From IMG/VR virus record IMGVR_UViG_3300010370_000033: 64,000 nucleotides of DNA; one strand, given 5' to 3'. This stretch comes from an uncultured virus (IMG/VR IMGVR_UViG_3300010370_000033). Taxonomy: Duplodnaviria > Heunggongvirae > Uroviricota > Caudoviricetes. Position numbers and translations under genes: made by a program. Of the stretch, positions 42,944 to 51,717 are shown piece by piece (the stretch's first letter is position 1; every line of letters starts with the position of its first letter). Under the pieces are notes generated by a model that saw only the letters and a program-made list of their open reading frames with translations, was not told the origin of the DNA and ran no database searches.

Positions 42944-43345
42944 TTATCGTGTTGGCTGTAATGCGAATGATAATTGTTGAGGAAGAGCATCAATTCCAAC
43001 AATCAAATAGTTGATTGTGACGTTAAAATTATTATTATCATAGTCTGGAGATACAATTACATTTAATAATCGTACTCTTGGCTCATAATTGTTAATTGTG
43101 TTTGAAATCTCATCTTTAATTACAGAGGCTGAGATTTCGTCAATATTTTCAAAAAGAGAGCGACTAATCTGAGAACCTAAGTTCTGATTAAAAAATCGCT
43201 CTCCGTGAAGAGTAAAAATTAAATTGCGAATTGAACGAGCGATTGCAGACTCATTTTTCAAGGCAATCAAGTCCGAATTGATCGGATTGATCTGAAAAGA
43301 CATACTAATGTCCTTGAATGACTTACTAACTCGCTCAATGGGCAT
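42944..43345 (-). CDS. g25: Baseplate wedge subunit gp25
   Basis: FKDIS, AIARSIRNL, GERFF, NYEPRV. Confidence 0.92.
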   Translation of the reverse strand: MPIERVSKSFKDISMSFQINPINSDLIALKNESAIARSIRNLIFTLHGERFFNQNLGSQISRSLFENIDEISASVIKDEISNTINNYEPRVRLLNVIVSPDYDNNNFNVTINYLIVGIDALPQQLSFALQPTR

Positions 43346-43363
43346 AGAGAAACTGTATTTATT

Positions 43364-43624
43364 TTATTTATTCAGATTCTCATAGAGCGGCTCCGTCCCA
43401 TACTCCCAATCGTCATAATCATTGTCATTGCGAATCTGAGAATGAATCTCATTTTGAGTCTCAAAATCGTGCTTTTTAGGAATCAGATCATCATTTACGA
43501 TCTCACGAATCATCTTTGGATTTCTTTTGCAAATTCTTTGTTCCCAACCATACTCAGTGACAAGAAACTCGGTTCCCCACTGCTCTTTCATATATTCTCT
43601 ATTAGTGTCTATTTGTTTAGTCAT
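43364..43624 (-). CDS. Hypothetical acidic protein
   Basis: 86 aa ORF ending DDYDDWEYGTEPLYE. Confidence 0.6.
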   Translation of the reverse strand: MTKQIDTNREYMKEQWGTEFLVTEYGWEQRICKRNPKMIREIVNDDLIPKKHDFETQNEIHSQIRNDNDYDDWEYGTEPLYENLNK

Positions 43625-43721
43625 TGGTTTAAAGTTCTAAGGTGAATATAGAACTTTTTATGAGGTTTCTATCTCATTACTATGTAGTTTCAATAAATAA
43701 AAAATAAGAATAGTTACTTTA

Positions 43722-44387
43722 ATGAAAACTTTCAAAGAGTTTATTTTTGAATCAAACCGTTTAAGAATGATTACTTTAGGGCCAAGTAGAAGTCCTGTAG
43801 GAAGGCAAAGGCAACAAAAGGATAACTCAGAAAGAGCCGCATTTCGTAAAGCTGGAGTAAGAAGAAATAGACCTGGAACAGCAGGCGCAAGAAGACCTAA
43901 TCAAATTCGTTTTAGAAGCGAACCAAAAGAATACACATCAACGACAATTTCTTCTTATCCAAATCAATCAAGTTACGCAAAAGATATGATTCCGAATAAA
44001 GTAGACGATAAAACCAAAAAAGTAAAAAAAACAAAAGATAGGGCTCTTTATCTTAGACGTTTAGCGAGACAAATAGGTTCTAGAAGTAGTCGTCAAGTTC
44101 ACGCTGTTGATATTTTACCCAAAAAAGATTTTGAAAAGGATGATCCTCGTGAAATGATTACAAGAGGAAAGGAATATCATTCATCAGTTAGAAATATTCC
44201 AAATACAGTAAAAAGAATTTCTGATGGAAAACCGGGCGATGTTATTGTAGGAAAGGCCGCAGAAGTAATGAGAGGTTCTAAAGATATGAAAAAAGGAAGA
44301 AAAAAACGTGAAGAATTATATTCTAGAGTCTTAGGTGCATCTAGAAGAGATCCAATTACAAATGTTCAAAGCGCAAGAGTTAGATGA
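43722..44387 (+). CDS. Basic probable internal head protein with T4-like capsid-targeting N-terminus
   Basis: MKTFKEFIFES; very R/K-rich; ATAAATA at 43693-43699. Confidence 0.65.
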   Translation: MKTFKEFIFESNRLRMITLGPSRSPVGRQRQQKDNSERAAFRKAGVRRNRPGTAGARRPNQIRFRSEPKEYTSTTISSYPNQSSYAKDMIPNKVDDKTKKVKKTKDRALYLRRLARQIGSRSSRQVHAVDILPKKDFEKDDPREMITRGKEYHSSVRNIPNTVKRISDGKPGDVIVGKAAEVMRGSKDMKKGRKKREELYSRVLGASRRDPITNVQSARVR

Positions 44388-44755
44388 AAACCTACGAGAA
44401 TTTTATAAAAGAAGCTTCTCATAGATTAAACATTGACGAAGGAATGATACCTTGGAGATCTCCAAAAAGACCAAATTCAAGTGGTTGGATGCCTTCAGAA
44501 AAAATTCAAGCTAAGAAAAAGCAAATTGAAAATCAACTCAAAGGAAAATCTTCTGAGTCATTACAAAATCGTTATGATAGATTAACACAAGTTCTTCAAA
44601 ATCCTCCAATTAGAACCAAAAATAAGCCTCATATTTCAAATTTTGAAAGAATTAGTGGAATTTCTCTAGGTGCAAGTAGAAGAAATATCAATCAAAGAGT
44701 TATGCCAAAGAACTCAAAGAGAAAAAGAATCTATCAGTCATTAATCGGAGTCTGA
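44384..44755 (+). CDS. Basic probable internal head protein with T4-like capsid-targeting N-terminus
   Basis: MKTYENFIKEA; R/K-rich; ATGA overlap with previous gene. Confidence 0.6.
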   Translation: MKTYENFIKEASHRLNIDEGMIPWRSPKRPNSSGWMPSEKIQAKKKQIENQLKGKSSESLQNRYDRLTQVLQNPPIRTKNKPHISNFERISGISLGASRRNINQRVMPKNSKRKRIYQSLIGV

Positions 44756-45199
44756 ACTCATAATTTCATCATAATATTCTTTACTCCAATAAGAATAGTA
44801 GTCGGTTTTTTTCAAAATATCACGAAATTTACGCAATTTTTCCTTTGGTTGACCCAAAATCAGATTATATTTTCCATTATTTGTTCGAATTCCATTGATA
44901 TAAGTGTCATAAGACGCACAATCTTCAAAAAATAGCCAATTTGGGTGTTTTTGATTGAGAATTTCCACCCATTTCTGAATTTCTTCTAATTTTTCTTCAT
45001 CAATCACGTAAATAATGACATCATAGGATTCTTCGGGTTGAATTGAGTTTACAGAGCAGAATAAAATCTTATATTTTGCTCTTTTTGCAAATGGACATAT
45101 AGAAAATCCCCCAAGCTCGGGATGAGCCTGAGAGACTTGTTGAATCCATTTTTCTATGTGTTCAGTTACCCTGCCTTTTGTAACGCTTGGATCTTCCAT
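44741..45199 (-). CDS. Hypothetical protein with CPFAK motif (true start may be downstream)
   Basis: 152 aa ORF; ICPFAK...NLILGQ...L...DYYSYW. Confidence 0.55.
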   Translation of the reverse strand: MEDPSVTKGRVTEHIEKWIQQVSQAHPELGGFSICPFAKRAKYKILFCSVNSIQPEESYDVIIYVIDEEKLEEIQKWVEILNQKHPNWLFFEDCASYDTYINGIRTNNGKYNLILGQPKEKLRKFRDILKKTDYYSYWSKEYYDEIMSSDSD

Positions 45200-45299
45200 T
45201 TTTTGAGGATGCGCTGAGTTTTGTGTGCTTTGAACGCCCCTGACGAGTTTTCTTCGGGGGACCAGATTGAAATTCTGTTTTGTTGCCGCCTTTTGCCAT
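45162..45299 (-). CDS. Small basic protein (45 aa; not in ORF track)
   Basis: MAKGGNKTEFQSGPPKKTRQGRSKHTKLSASSKNGRSKRYKRQGN; strong RBS AGGAGG upstream. Confidence 0.7.
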   Translation of the reverse strand: MAKGGNKTEFQSGPPKKTRQGRSKHTKLSASSKNGRSKRYKRQGN

Positions 45300-45300
45300 T

Positions 45301-46467
45301 TTAGATTACCTCCTGAGATTCTTTTCTAACGATTTTTACGATGTCCTTATGAGATTTTATTTCTTTATTAATTAAGAAATATAGAGAAGAACTAGAATAT
45401 CCTCTTTCTCTGCACATCTTATTTAAGTTTTTAATCACTTCAGTTCTTCCGTCATTATATGTGATCTCGTATTCCTTTTCTTTATAGCTAGTTTCCGGAT
45501 TTCCTCCTTTGATTGAGTTTTCACTAAGAGACATCCATTGTAAATTTGAAGGATGATTATTTAGTTTATTCCAATCAATATGATCTACGGTATCGTATTT
45601 TAATGGATTGGGATTTTCAATCAATTGTTTTGCAACAAGACGATGAACTTTTTGTATGATTTTCTTAGTTCCGGGAAGTTTCATATTTAAATGATAATAA
45701 CCAGTCTTATGAAGATGTTGAGAAATTTCTCTGGTAAATTCTTCTGAAAGAATCATTTCGTCTTTCACTCTTTCCCATTTACTAAAGATTCTTACTTTTT
45801 CGGATGCATCGTCTTTCTTATATACAATATAATAACCAGGCCAATCAGTTAATTCTACACAATCATATTCAGAAACATCAATTTTAGATTTAGGCTTTCT
45901 TCTTGTTCTACCTGTTTTAGGTCTTTCAATTTCTGTAAATGAAATAATTCCTTTATACTCACTAATTTCTCCTTTTCTTAGGCGATACAAAGATCTTTCT
46001 GTTAAGCTATTCTTTTCAAGAAACTCTAGAAATCCATTGATGATTTCCTTTCTTCCGTCCTTATATACGGCTTCAAATTGTTTGACTCCTCCTTTTGCAC
46101 GATTAATGTTCGCAGAAAAAGTTCTATACTCAGAATCCGATGCCCATTTTAGATTTGATGGATGGCAGTTATAAATGTTTCCGTCTTTATGAATCACTCT
46201 TGAATAATTTTTTGTATTTCTTAAGAGATAAGATGCAACTAGAGTATCTAAGTAGAGTCTTTGCTTTTTACCCATTGTTGCAATCGTCACATAAAGACGG
46301 TCACGATCATCAGCAGATTTCAAAGGTCTTGAATATGATTCATCAATCACGGCTGGTGTTTTTCCAGTTTTTCTCCAATTACTATGAATCGTAACGGGTA
46401 TTGATGAATCATATTCGTCATAAGAAAAATAGTATCCTTCGTGTTCTTTGATTCTGATGGTTTTCAT
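45301..46467 (-). CDS. Free-standing HNH homing endonuclease with two tandem HNH modules
   Basis: VIHKDGNIYNCHPSNLKW and VHRLVA...VDHIDWNKLNNHPSNLQW. Confidence 0.85.
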   Translation of the reverse strand: MKTIRIKEHEGYYFSYDEYDSSIPVTIHSNWRKTGKTPAVIDESYSRPLKSADDRDRLYVTIATMGKKQRLYLDTLVASYLLRNTKNYSRVIHKDGNIYNCHPSNLKWASDSEYRTFSANINRAKGGVKQFEAVYKDGRKEIINGFLEFLEKNSLTERSLYRLRKGEISEYKGIISFTEIERPKTGRTRRKPKSKIDVSEYDCVELTDWPGYYIVYKKDDASEKVRIFSKWERVKDEMILSEEFTREISQHLHKTGYYHLNMKLPGTKKIIQKVHRLVAKQLIENPNPLKYDTVDHIDWNKLNNHPSNLQWMSLSENSIKGGNPETSYKEKEYEITYNDGRTEVIKNLNKMCRERGYSSSSLYFLINKEIKSHKDIVKIVRKESQEVI

Positions 46468-46497
46468 TGCTAGGAAATTTCAAGACTACGCCAACCA

Positions 46498-47271
46498 TCA
46501 TATCACAGTTATCTTCTCATGTCCAACTCGAATTCGGGGATCACACCAGATCTCAAAGCCCGCTGCCTTTGCATCCAACGCCAGTGACACATCTTCACCA
46601 CACCCATCAATTACTGAACCAGATTCGAATGATTGTAATTTTGGCATAAACCATGGATATTTCATCTCAGGATGCTCAAAGACTCCCTTCTTAATCAGAA
46701 CCCAACCGAATCCAGTGTAATCCACAGTAAACGGTTTGCGTCTCTTTGAAATACTCTCAATGGTCTCGTGATTCATTACACCACCATTGCGACGAAAATC
46801 ATCCTCTTCAAGCCAATGAGCAACCGAAGTTGTGTGCCGATCTTCAGTCGAATACCAGCCCGCTACAATGTGCTTCTCTTCACCCTCAGCAGGAAGCGCA
46901 AGATCACAAAGTTGCCAGAATTTCTCAGAATTAAACACAATGTCATTATCAATCCATAGTTGATAATCGTAATTTAGTTTTCCATCCCAAGGAAGCTGAT
47001 CCGGACCTCTCAGAACATTCGCACCAAGAACCTTACATCTCGCAAAATTCACCATTGAACTATAGTCCTGAGAAATCTGAATGCTCATTCCATTTTGAAC
47101 CAAATCAAAACAGAGTTGAACAAAAGACTTCAAAAAGTTATAAGAACAACTTCTTCCCGGTAGACAAAAGACAATGCTCTTACCTCTCATTCTTTCTTTA
47201 ATTGCATCATAATCCCATTCTAATTCAGCAGTCTTTGGTGTGGCTGCTTTTACACTAAAACCTTTTCCCAT
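46498..47271 (-). CDS. Conserved cyanophage glycosyltransferase-like (GT-A fold) protein
   Basis: IVFCLPGR, VNFARC, WIDNDI (DxD), YTGFGWVLIKKGVFE, GEDVS, RVGHEK. Confidence 0.8.
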   Translation of the reverse strand: MGKGFSVKAATPKTAELEWDYDAIKERMRGKSIVFCLPGRSCSYNFLKSFVQLCFDLVQNGMSIQISQDYSSMVNFARCKVLGANVLRGPDQLPWDGKLNYDYQLWIDNDIVFNSEKFWQLCDLALPAEGEEKHIVAGWYSTEDRHTTSVAHWLEEDDFRRNGGVMNHETIESISKRRKPFTVDYTGFGWVLIKKGVFEHPEMKYPWFMPKLQSFESGSVIDGCGEDVSLALDAKAAGFEIWCDPRIRVGHEKITVI

Positions 47272-47323
47272 AAAGTCAAGTCTCCATTAAAGCTTTCATT
47301 TTATCAGTCTATATATGCATTTG

Positions 47324-47482
47324 TCAATAGGCAAATTCCTTATGAATCTCAAGTTCTTCATAAGATAATGTTCCTTTTTTGTATTCATTCAAGAATCTCC
47401 AAATGCTCTCAAATTCTTCTTCTGGAATGGAATGAAGTAAACAAGAATCATCTTCATAGATGTGATAGATTTTGGTTTTCAT
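47324..47482 (-). CDS. Small hypothetical protein (52 aa; not in ORF track)
   Basis: MKTKIYHIYEDDSCLLHSIPEEEFESIWRFL...LSYEEL. Confidence 0.6.
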   Translation of the reverse strand: MKTKIYHIYEDDSCLLHSIPEEEFESIWRFLNEYKKGTLSYEELEIHKEFAY

Positions 47483-47519
47483 AATTTCAGAAATCTTATA
47501 CTATAATTTATAAATAAAG

Positions 47520-47819
47520 ATAAACCTCGTATTTTAGATAATACAAATGTAAATCCAAAATTCAGACAAAGTACCAAAGATAAACTTTCTTCAGAATCAG
47601 ATTTTGAAAAAGAACCTGTAAGTGTAATGCCAAAGAAATCGTGCTCGTGGTGAAAAACAAGTTCCTCAGCATATTATGAAAGCAATGTGGAATCAGCACG
47701 ATTAATTTAAGAAAACGAAAGAAGGAAAAGAAGCAGTTCGTCAAGGTGATAAGATTTCAAAACAACTTCGTATTTCTAGTAGACAAAGAAGATTCCGAAG
47801 AAGAACAACTAAAGGATGA
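47520..47819 (+). pseudogene. Remnant of polynucleotide-kinase-like (PseT/AAA_33) gene
   Basis: Frame a: RILDNTNVNPKFR; frame b: NRARGEKQVPQHIMKAMWNQHD*FKK; no start or Walker A, one frameshift, one in-frame stop. Confidence 0.55.
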
Positions 47820-47832
47820 TTTTTTTTTTCAT

Positions 47833-47856
47833 AAGACCCTTTTGGGTCTTTTTTTA
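47833..47856 (+). terminator. Intrinsic terminator
   Basis: AAGACCC-TTTT-GGGTCTT followed by T-run. Confidence 0.8.
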
Positions 47857-48110
47857 TGGCAAAAATTTTTTTTATGAAAAGGGTATTTTGAGTTTTATTT
47901 TTGGGAAAAAATTTTTTTATGAGAGTGACATTTAGAGATCGCTTTCAAAGTTTTGTAGCCTTATGGTACCTTTGGTTTTAAGGAAGGGGGGGCCTTAGGG
48001 GCCTTAGGGGCCGCATCGCCCGCTATAAGAAATAACAATTAAATCAAAATACCTGCCTATTCACTATTCACGCAAATCACGATTCATTCACTATTCAATA
48101 CACTCTGAAT

Positions 48111-48216
48111 TCACGTCGATATAGTTAAATCACGCAAATCACTATTTTACACTTAGCGATTGCGTCGATATAGTTAAATCCAACGATTCACGTCGATATA
48201 GTTAAATCACGCAAAT
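48111..48216. repeat. Three direct repeats of CGTCGATATAGTTAAATC
   Basis: Copies at 48114, 48163 and 48191. Confidence 0.9.
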
Positions 48217-48266
48217 TCCCATAAAGAAAGGCCCCATAAAGGGGCCTGAGAAGTATAGGTATCTGC

Positions 48267-48950
48267 TCAACAGATACTATCAACGAAGCTCTGAATTTGC
48301 TCCCGACAGCCAGCGGGAATCTTAGTGGAAATTCCCCACTGTTCCGTAACAGATCCCAGAAATTCGGGACCGTACCCATAGCTTCCTGGCACAATGTTGC
48401 TGGGATTCTTAACCCACACTTTAGTCTTGCATTTGCTGAGATAGAGTGCGCATGTTTCAGACAATTTGATAGATTTGCTGCGACCTTTCACGGCCTGCAG
48501 AGATGCAACGATCGCGGCAAACGTTGCCGCAAATTCACCATCACTGTCACTTGCATTCTCACTAGAATTCTGACGAGAATGCAACCAATCGTTGGCCATT
48601 TTGTGTGCCCACGCTACTTGATTTTCATTCAATTTATCCCATTTTGCTAGGAGAGAAGCGGCAAAATCGTTAGATTTGCCGTTCATGTAGGCACAGTAAG
48701 ATAATGCCTGACGCAGTTGCTGATCGCTCAGCATAGACTGAAATTCAATTCTCTCGCCGTTACGCTTAGTTGCAACGTAGGTGCGGCCCTGGTAAGCGGG
48801 GCATTCTGCGGCCAGTTCGGCGGCCGCCAGTTCCCGCTCGAGATTGGCGGCCGCCATGGGATTGACGCGGGCCAAAGCGGACAGGGAGAGATCGGCAGCA
48901 TCGCCCGCGATGGGGGCGGCAACGGTCACGGTGGCAGCGGTGGCAGGCAT
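48267..48950 (-). CDS. Early hypothetical protein (GC-rich 5' half; start reassigned to MPATA)
   Basis: TAGAAT box upstream; FAASLL..W..L.E.Q.AWAHK motif; GGCCCC hairpin terminator downstream. Confidence 0.65.
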   Translation of the reverse strand: MPATAATVTVAAPIAGDAADLSLSALARVNPMAAANLERELAAAELAAECPAYQGRTYVATKRNGERIEFQSMLSDQQLRQALSYCAYMNGKSNDFAASLLAKWDKLNENQVAWAHKMANDWLHSRQNSSENASDSDGEFAATFAAIVASLQAVKGRSKSIKLSETCALYLSKCKTKVWVKNPSNIVPGSYGYGPEFLGSVTEQWGISTKIPAGCREQIQSFVDSIC

Positions 48951-49039
48951 GGCTTCGCCCTTGTGTGGAACTCCCAAATTCTACAGCACCGACAGCCGAA
49001 CCGCGACCGCCAGCGCAACATTTGTTCACGTTACAACGT

Positions 49040-49098
49040 TGGCAGGGGAGGTTACGAAATTTTGCGTCATCGAGGCTACCCTGCCTCTCGTTGGATTG
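49040..49098 (-). ncRNA. Candidate small RNA, 'hairpin-CCUGCC' family, minus-strand copy
   Basis: TAGAAT then AATCCAACGAGAGGC..GCCTC...CCTGCCAA; homologous to plus-strand copies. Confidence 0.45.
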
Positions 49099-49169
49099 TC
49101 TCAGAATTCTAGCCTCTCAGATCTCCATCCGGTCGGATCTGAGAGGCATTGGAGACGGTTCAGCGACCG

Positions 49170-49526
49170 TCACACGGTCAGCGGTGGCGTGAGAAGCCCG
49201 CGCCAGAGCATCGCAGCCCCTGAAGCCCACCGCTGTAGCTCTGGCCATGCTCTGGCGGCCATCCATTGCCTCGCAGCCGGCCAGAGCGTTTCCCGGATGA
49301 TGGCGGCTGCCACGGCTGCCAGAGCGGTTCCAATCGCTGCAGCGGAGCGCAGACGGTCACTGCAGCGATGCTCTCGCCATCGCTGGCTGATGATGATGGC
49401 GATGGCTGCCACTAGAAGGCAAACGGACTCTATGGCATCCATCATGGAATTGTAGTGTTTCCGATAGTCTATTTGCTGCAGAAATGCAATGGCAGCATCA
49501 GCAGGCGGGAAGGATTGCGAGTTCAT
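49170..49526 (-). CDS. Early hypothetical membrane protein
   Basis: 118 aa, two hydrophobic stretches; leader CCATTGCATT..ATC ATG shared with neighbours. Confidence 0.55.
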   Translation of the reverse strand: MNSQSFPPADAAIAFLQQIDYRKHYNSMMDAIESVCLLVAAIAIIISQRWREHRCSDRLRSAAAIGTALAAVAAAIIRETLWPAARQWMAARAWPELQRWASGAAMLWRGLLTPPLTV

Positions 49527-49604
49527 GATACAAATGCAATGGATTGAGATAAAGAAAGGGGAGGAATTTCACCTCCCATGATATTGGAGCGCAGACGGTC
49601 GCCA

Positions 49605-49769
49605 CTACAGAGCCCGCAACGATCCCCGCATTAGGGACGCTGCACTAGCAGCCAGTGCCGCCGCGATGGCGGCCTGTTCTATCCCAGGCTGTCGTTCGGT
49701 GCTGATCGCCCTTGCGGCGAGAGTCAGCATCGCAGCAGAAACCAGAACGGAGAGAATGAAGCGACGCAT
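49605..49769 (-). CDS. Small hydrophobic early protein (54 aa; not in ORF track)
   Basis: MRRFILSVLVSAAMLTLAARA...; leader CCCATTGCATTAGAATC ATG. Confidence 0.5.
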   Translation of the reverse strand: MRRFILSVLVSAAMLTLAARAISTERQPGIEQAAIAAALAASAASLMRGSLRAL

Positions 49770-49834
49770 GATTCTAATGCAATGGGAATTTGAGTAGAGA
49801 AAGGGGAGATTTGATCTCCCCAGAGTGTAGAAAT

Positions 49835-50065
49835 TCAGCCGAGACTGTGAGCCCAGTGGATCAATTCTCCTAGATCAATTCCACATCCTTCCCAGTCGCT
49901 AGCTGGCCCATAATGGGTAGCAAATTCTTTAGCCAACCCTGCGCAGTCTGCACAAGCGGCAACGATCCCATAGGGTATGGCCCCATTAGAATCACAAAAT
50001 TCTGCCGCGTAAGAATAGAGAATCCCCGCGCGGGGATTGAGATCGGAAATGGCGAGTGCGGGCAT
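49835..50065 (-). CDS. Early hypothetical protein
   Basis: 76 aa; TTGGCA-17-TAGGAT promoter upstream (50090-50118). Confidence 0.6.
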   Translation of the reverse strand: MPALAISDLNPRAGILYSYAAEFCDSNGAIPYGIVAACADCAGLAKEFATHYGPASDWEGCGIDLGELIHWAHSLG

Positions 50066-50360
50066 CGGTCCGATGTGGATTGCTCCGCCATCCTACAGAC
50101 CACACCACCGCTTGCCAACGTTCCGAACCATTAAGAACGTTTATGTTTCGGGACGTTGCAAAGGGCCGCCGATGGGGCTCCTGAGAGGCTAGGATTGCGT
50201 CAGCCGCAAGGGGGAAGCCTTGAATGCCTGAATGACAATCCGATCAGCGGGGGCGCCGCGGAGACACAAATCAAGTCACTCACCCTGCCTTGAATGTAGA
50301 GTATAAAGAATAAAAAAAGAACTAGGAGTTTAATCCCAGTTCTTTATTGAAATAGATTGT

Positions 50361-50693
50361 TCAAGAATAATAATTCCCAACAATCACAGTTCCATTGTAA
50401 CAGTATTTCATAAGAATTCCACTGGAATAAGTATCAGGATTGTATCCATCCCATTTCCTATAATCAAAGGAAGACATTTGATTTGAAGAAATTTTAATAA
50501 AATCTCCGACGTGATACCATTGGCCGCGATACTTGAAGAATTCTGCACTATCAAATTCATCCTCAGTAAGATAGTCAAACTGCCCACGGAGTTTATTATA
50601 CAAACTGCCTGGGCGCAGTCCACCGAAACCGTCCAACCATTGGCCCATGATGCACTCACGGGGAACGTTGTTTGTCTTAATGATGGCGGCCAT
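50361..50693 (-). CDS. Early phage hypothetical protein (start MAAIIK)
   Basis: FFKYRGQWY, WDGY..DTYSSG; promoter and terminator bracket it. Confidence 0.7.
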   Translation of the reverse strand: MAAIIKTNNVPRECIMGQWLDGFGGLRPGSLYNKLRGQFDYLTEDEFDSAEFFKYRGQWYHVGDFIKISSNQMSSFDYRKWDGYNPDTYSSGILMKYCYNGTVIVGNYYS

Positions 50694-50718
50694 TGTCGTC
50701 TCCGTTGTGGACTCCCAT

Positions 50719-50812
50719 AGTATGGGGCATGGAAGGCACCTATGGGCCAGTTCGGGGACGGTTCGGGAACCGGCACAAGCCACCCACAGCAGCAGATCAG
50801 ATCGACTAGACT
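50719..50812. promoter_or_regulatory. Symmetric divergent promoter: -10 / palindrome / -10
   Basis: CATACT (minus, 50719-24), 30 nt, GGGACG-N10-CGGCAC (50755-76), 30 nt, TAGACT (plus, 50807-12). Confidence 0.7.
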
Positions 50813-50817
50813 CTAAG

Positions 50818-50897
50818 AAATCAAACGAGAGGCGGAAACCTCAACGACAACAAATAGGAAACTTATCCTGCCAAATTTATTCACTATAAACAATAAA
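50818..50897 (+). ncRNA. Candidate small RNA, 'hairpin-CCUGCC' family
   Basis: AAATCAAACGAGAGGCGGAAACCTC...CCTGCCAAATTTATTCACTATAAACAATAAA; near-identical copy at 52918. Confidence 0.5.
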
Positions 50898-50982
50898 CTA
50901 AAATTTGATTCACTATAAACTATTCACGAAAAAGTGAATGAGAATTCTATTCACTAAGAATTCTCATTCACGATTGAATTCA

Positions 50983-51258
50983 CTATACTAGAGTCATTTT
51001 ATTAAGCATATCAAATTCAAGCACAAGACCACACTCAAAGTATAGACCAACGATCAAATCATTGTGCTTGATGCAAGCATTAGGATAAAAGAACCACCGA
51101 CTGCCGATGTTGTTCATTCGATAAACTGCATCCTCCAGGGTATCAAATTCACCCTCACGAACAATGTCGACATCCTTTGTACGATTCTGGAGAGCATTAT
51201 ATACATCATCAATGCTCATCTGATCGGTATTCTCAGAAAAGAAATGAAGCGTGAACAC
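50983..51258 (-). CDS. Early hypothetical protein
   Basis: 91 aa, GTG start; NNIGSRWFFYP. Confidence 0.6.
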   Translation of the reverse strand: MFTLHFFSENTDQMSIDDVYNALQNRTKDVDIVREGEFDTLEDAVYRMNNIGSRWFFYPNACIKHNDLIVGLYFECGLVLEFDMLNKMTLV

Positions 51259-51284
51259 GATAAGAAATGCAGTGGGAATTTGAG

Positions 51285-51314
51285 TGAGCCAGTTTATAGT
51301 CTTAGCTCAGGACT
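51285..51314 (-). ncRNA. Intercistronic H-type pseudoknot motif, copy 1
   Basis: AGUC-CU-GAGCU-AA-GACU-AUAAACU-GGCUC. Confidence 0.6.
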
Positions 51315-51320
51315 TGTGGG

Positions 51321-51473
51321 TCATTTGACCTTACCACTCCGAAGGTGGCCAGCCCAGACATAGGCCGGAGCCGTAACAATCCGCAACCTATCGCCATCAT
51401 CCACGATGCCAGCCCAAACGTAGGACTGGTCGGCCAGACTGCAAGCGATTCGAAGGGGAGCGGTGAGACGCAT
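51321..51473 (-). CDS. Small early protein (50 aa; preferred over track ORF 51302-51529)
   Basis: MRLTAPLRIACSLADQSYVWAG...YVWAG...; follows a CATACT box and the CTCCA-ATG leader seen elsewhere. Confidence 0.55.
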   Translation of the reverse strand: MRLTAPLRIACSLADQSYVWAGIVDDGDRLRIVTAPAYVWAGHLRSGKVK

Positions 51474-51717
51474 TGGAGGCGATTCCTGAACGACTCACAC
51501 AGTATGGGCCAGAATTCACGCCACGTCAATCACCAGACTCATTAGCACTGCTAATCACTGAATTCTCACGGATCGGCTGGTGATCTGCTAGACTATGGGG
51601 ACAATCAAACGAAACGCGGGCGGCGTGGAACCACAAATCAAGACACTACTCCTGCCAAATTTATTCACTATAAAGAATAAAAAAGAATAGGGATTTGATT
51701 CCCTATTCTTATAGAAT

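Noticed and set aside
48700..50300. Host DNA contamination or prophage junction
   Set aside because: The same palindrome, leaders and CCTGCC element continue into AT-rich cassettes and no host genes appear; cannot be fully excluded without reads
51302..51529. Track ORF of 75 aa
   Set aside because: It starts upstream of the -10 box and ends inside the pseudoknot; the alternative frame 51321-51473 fits the shared leader
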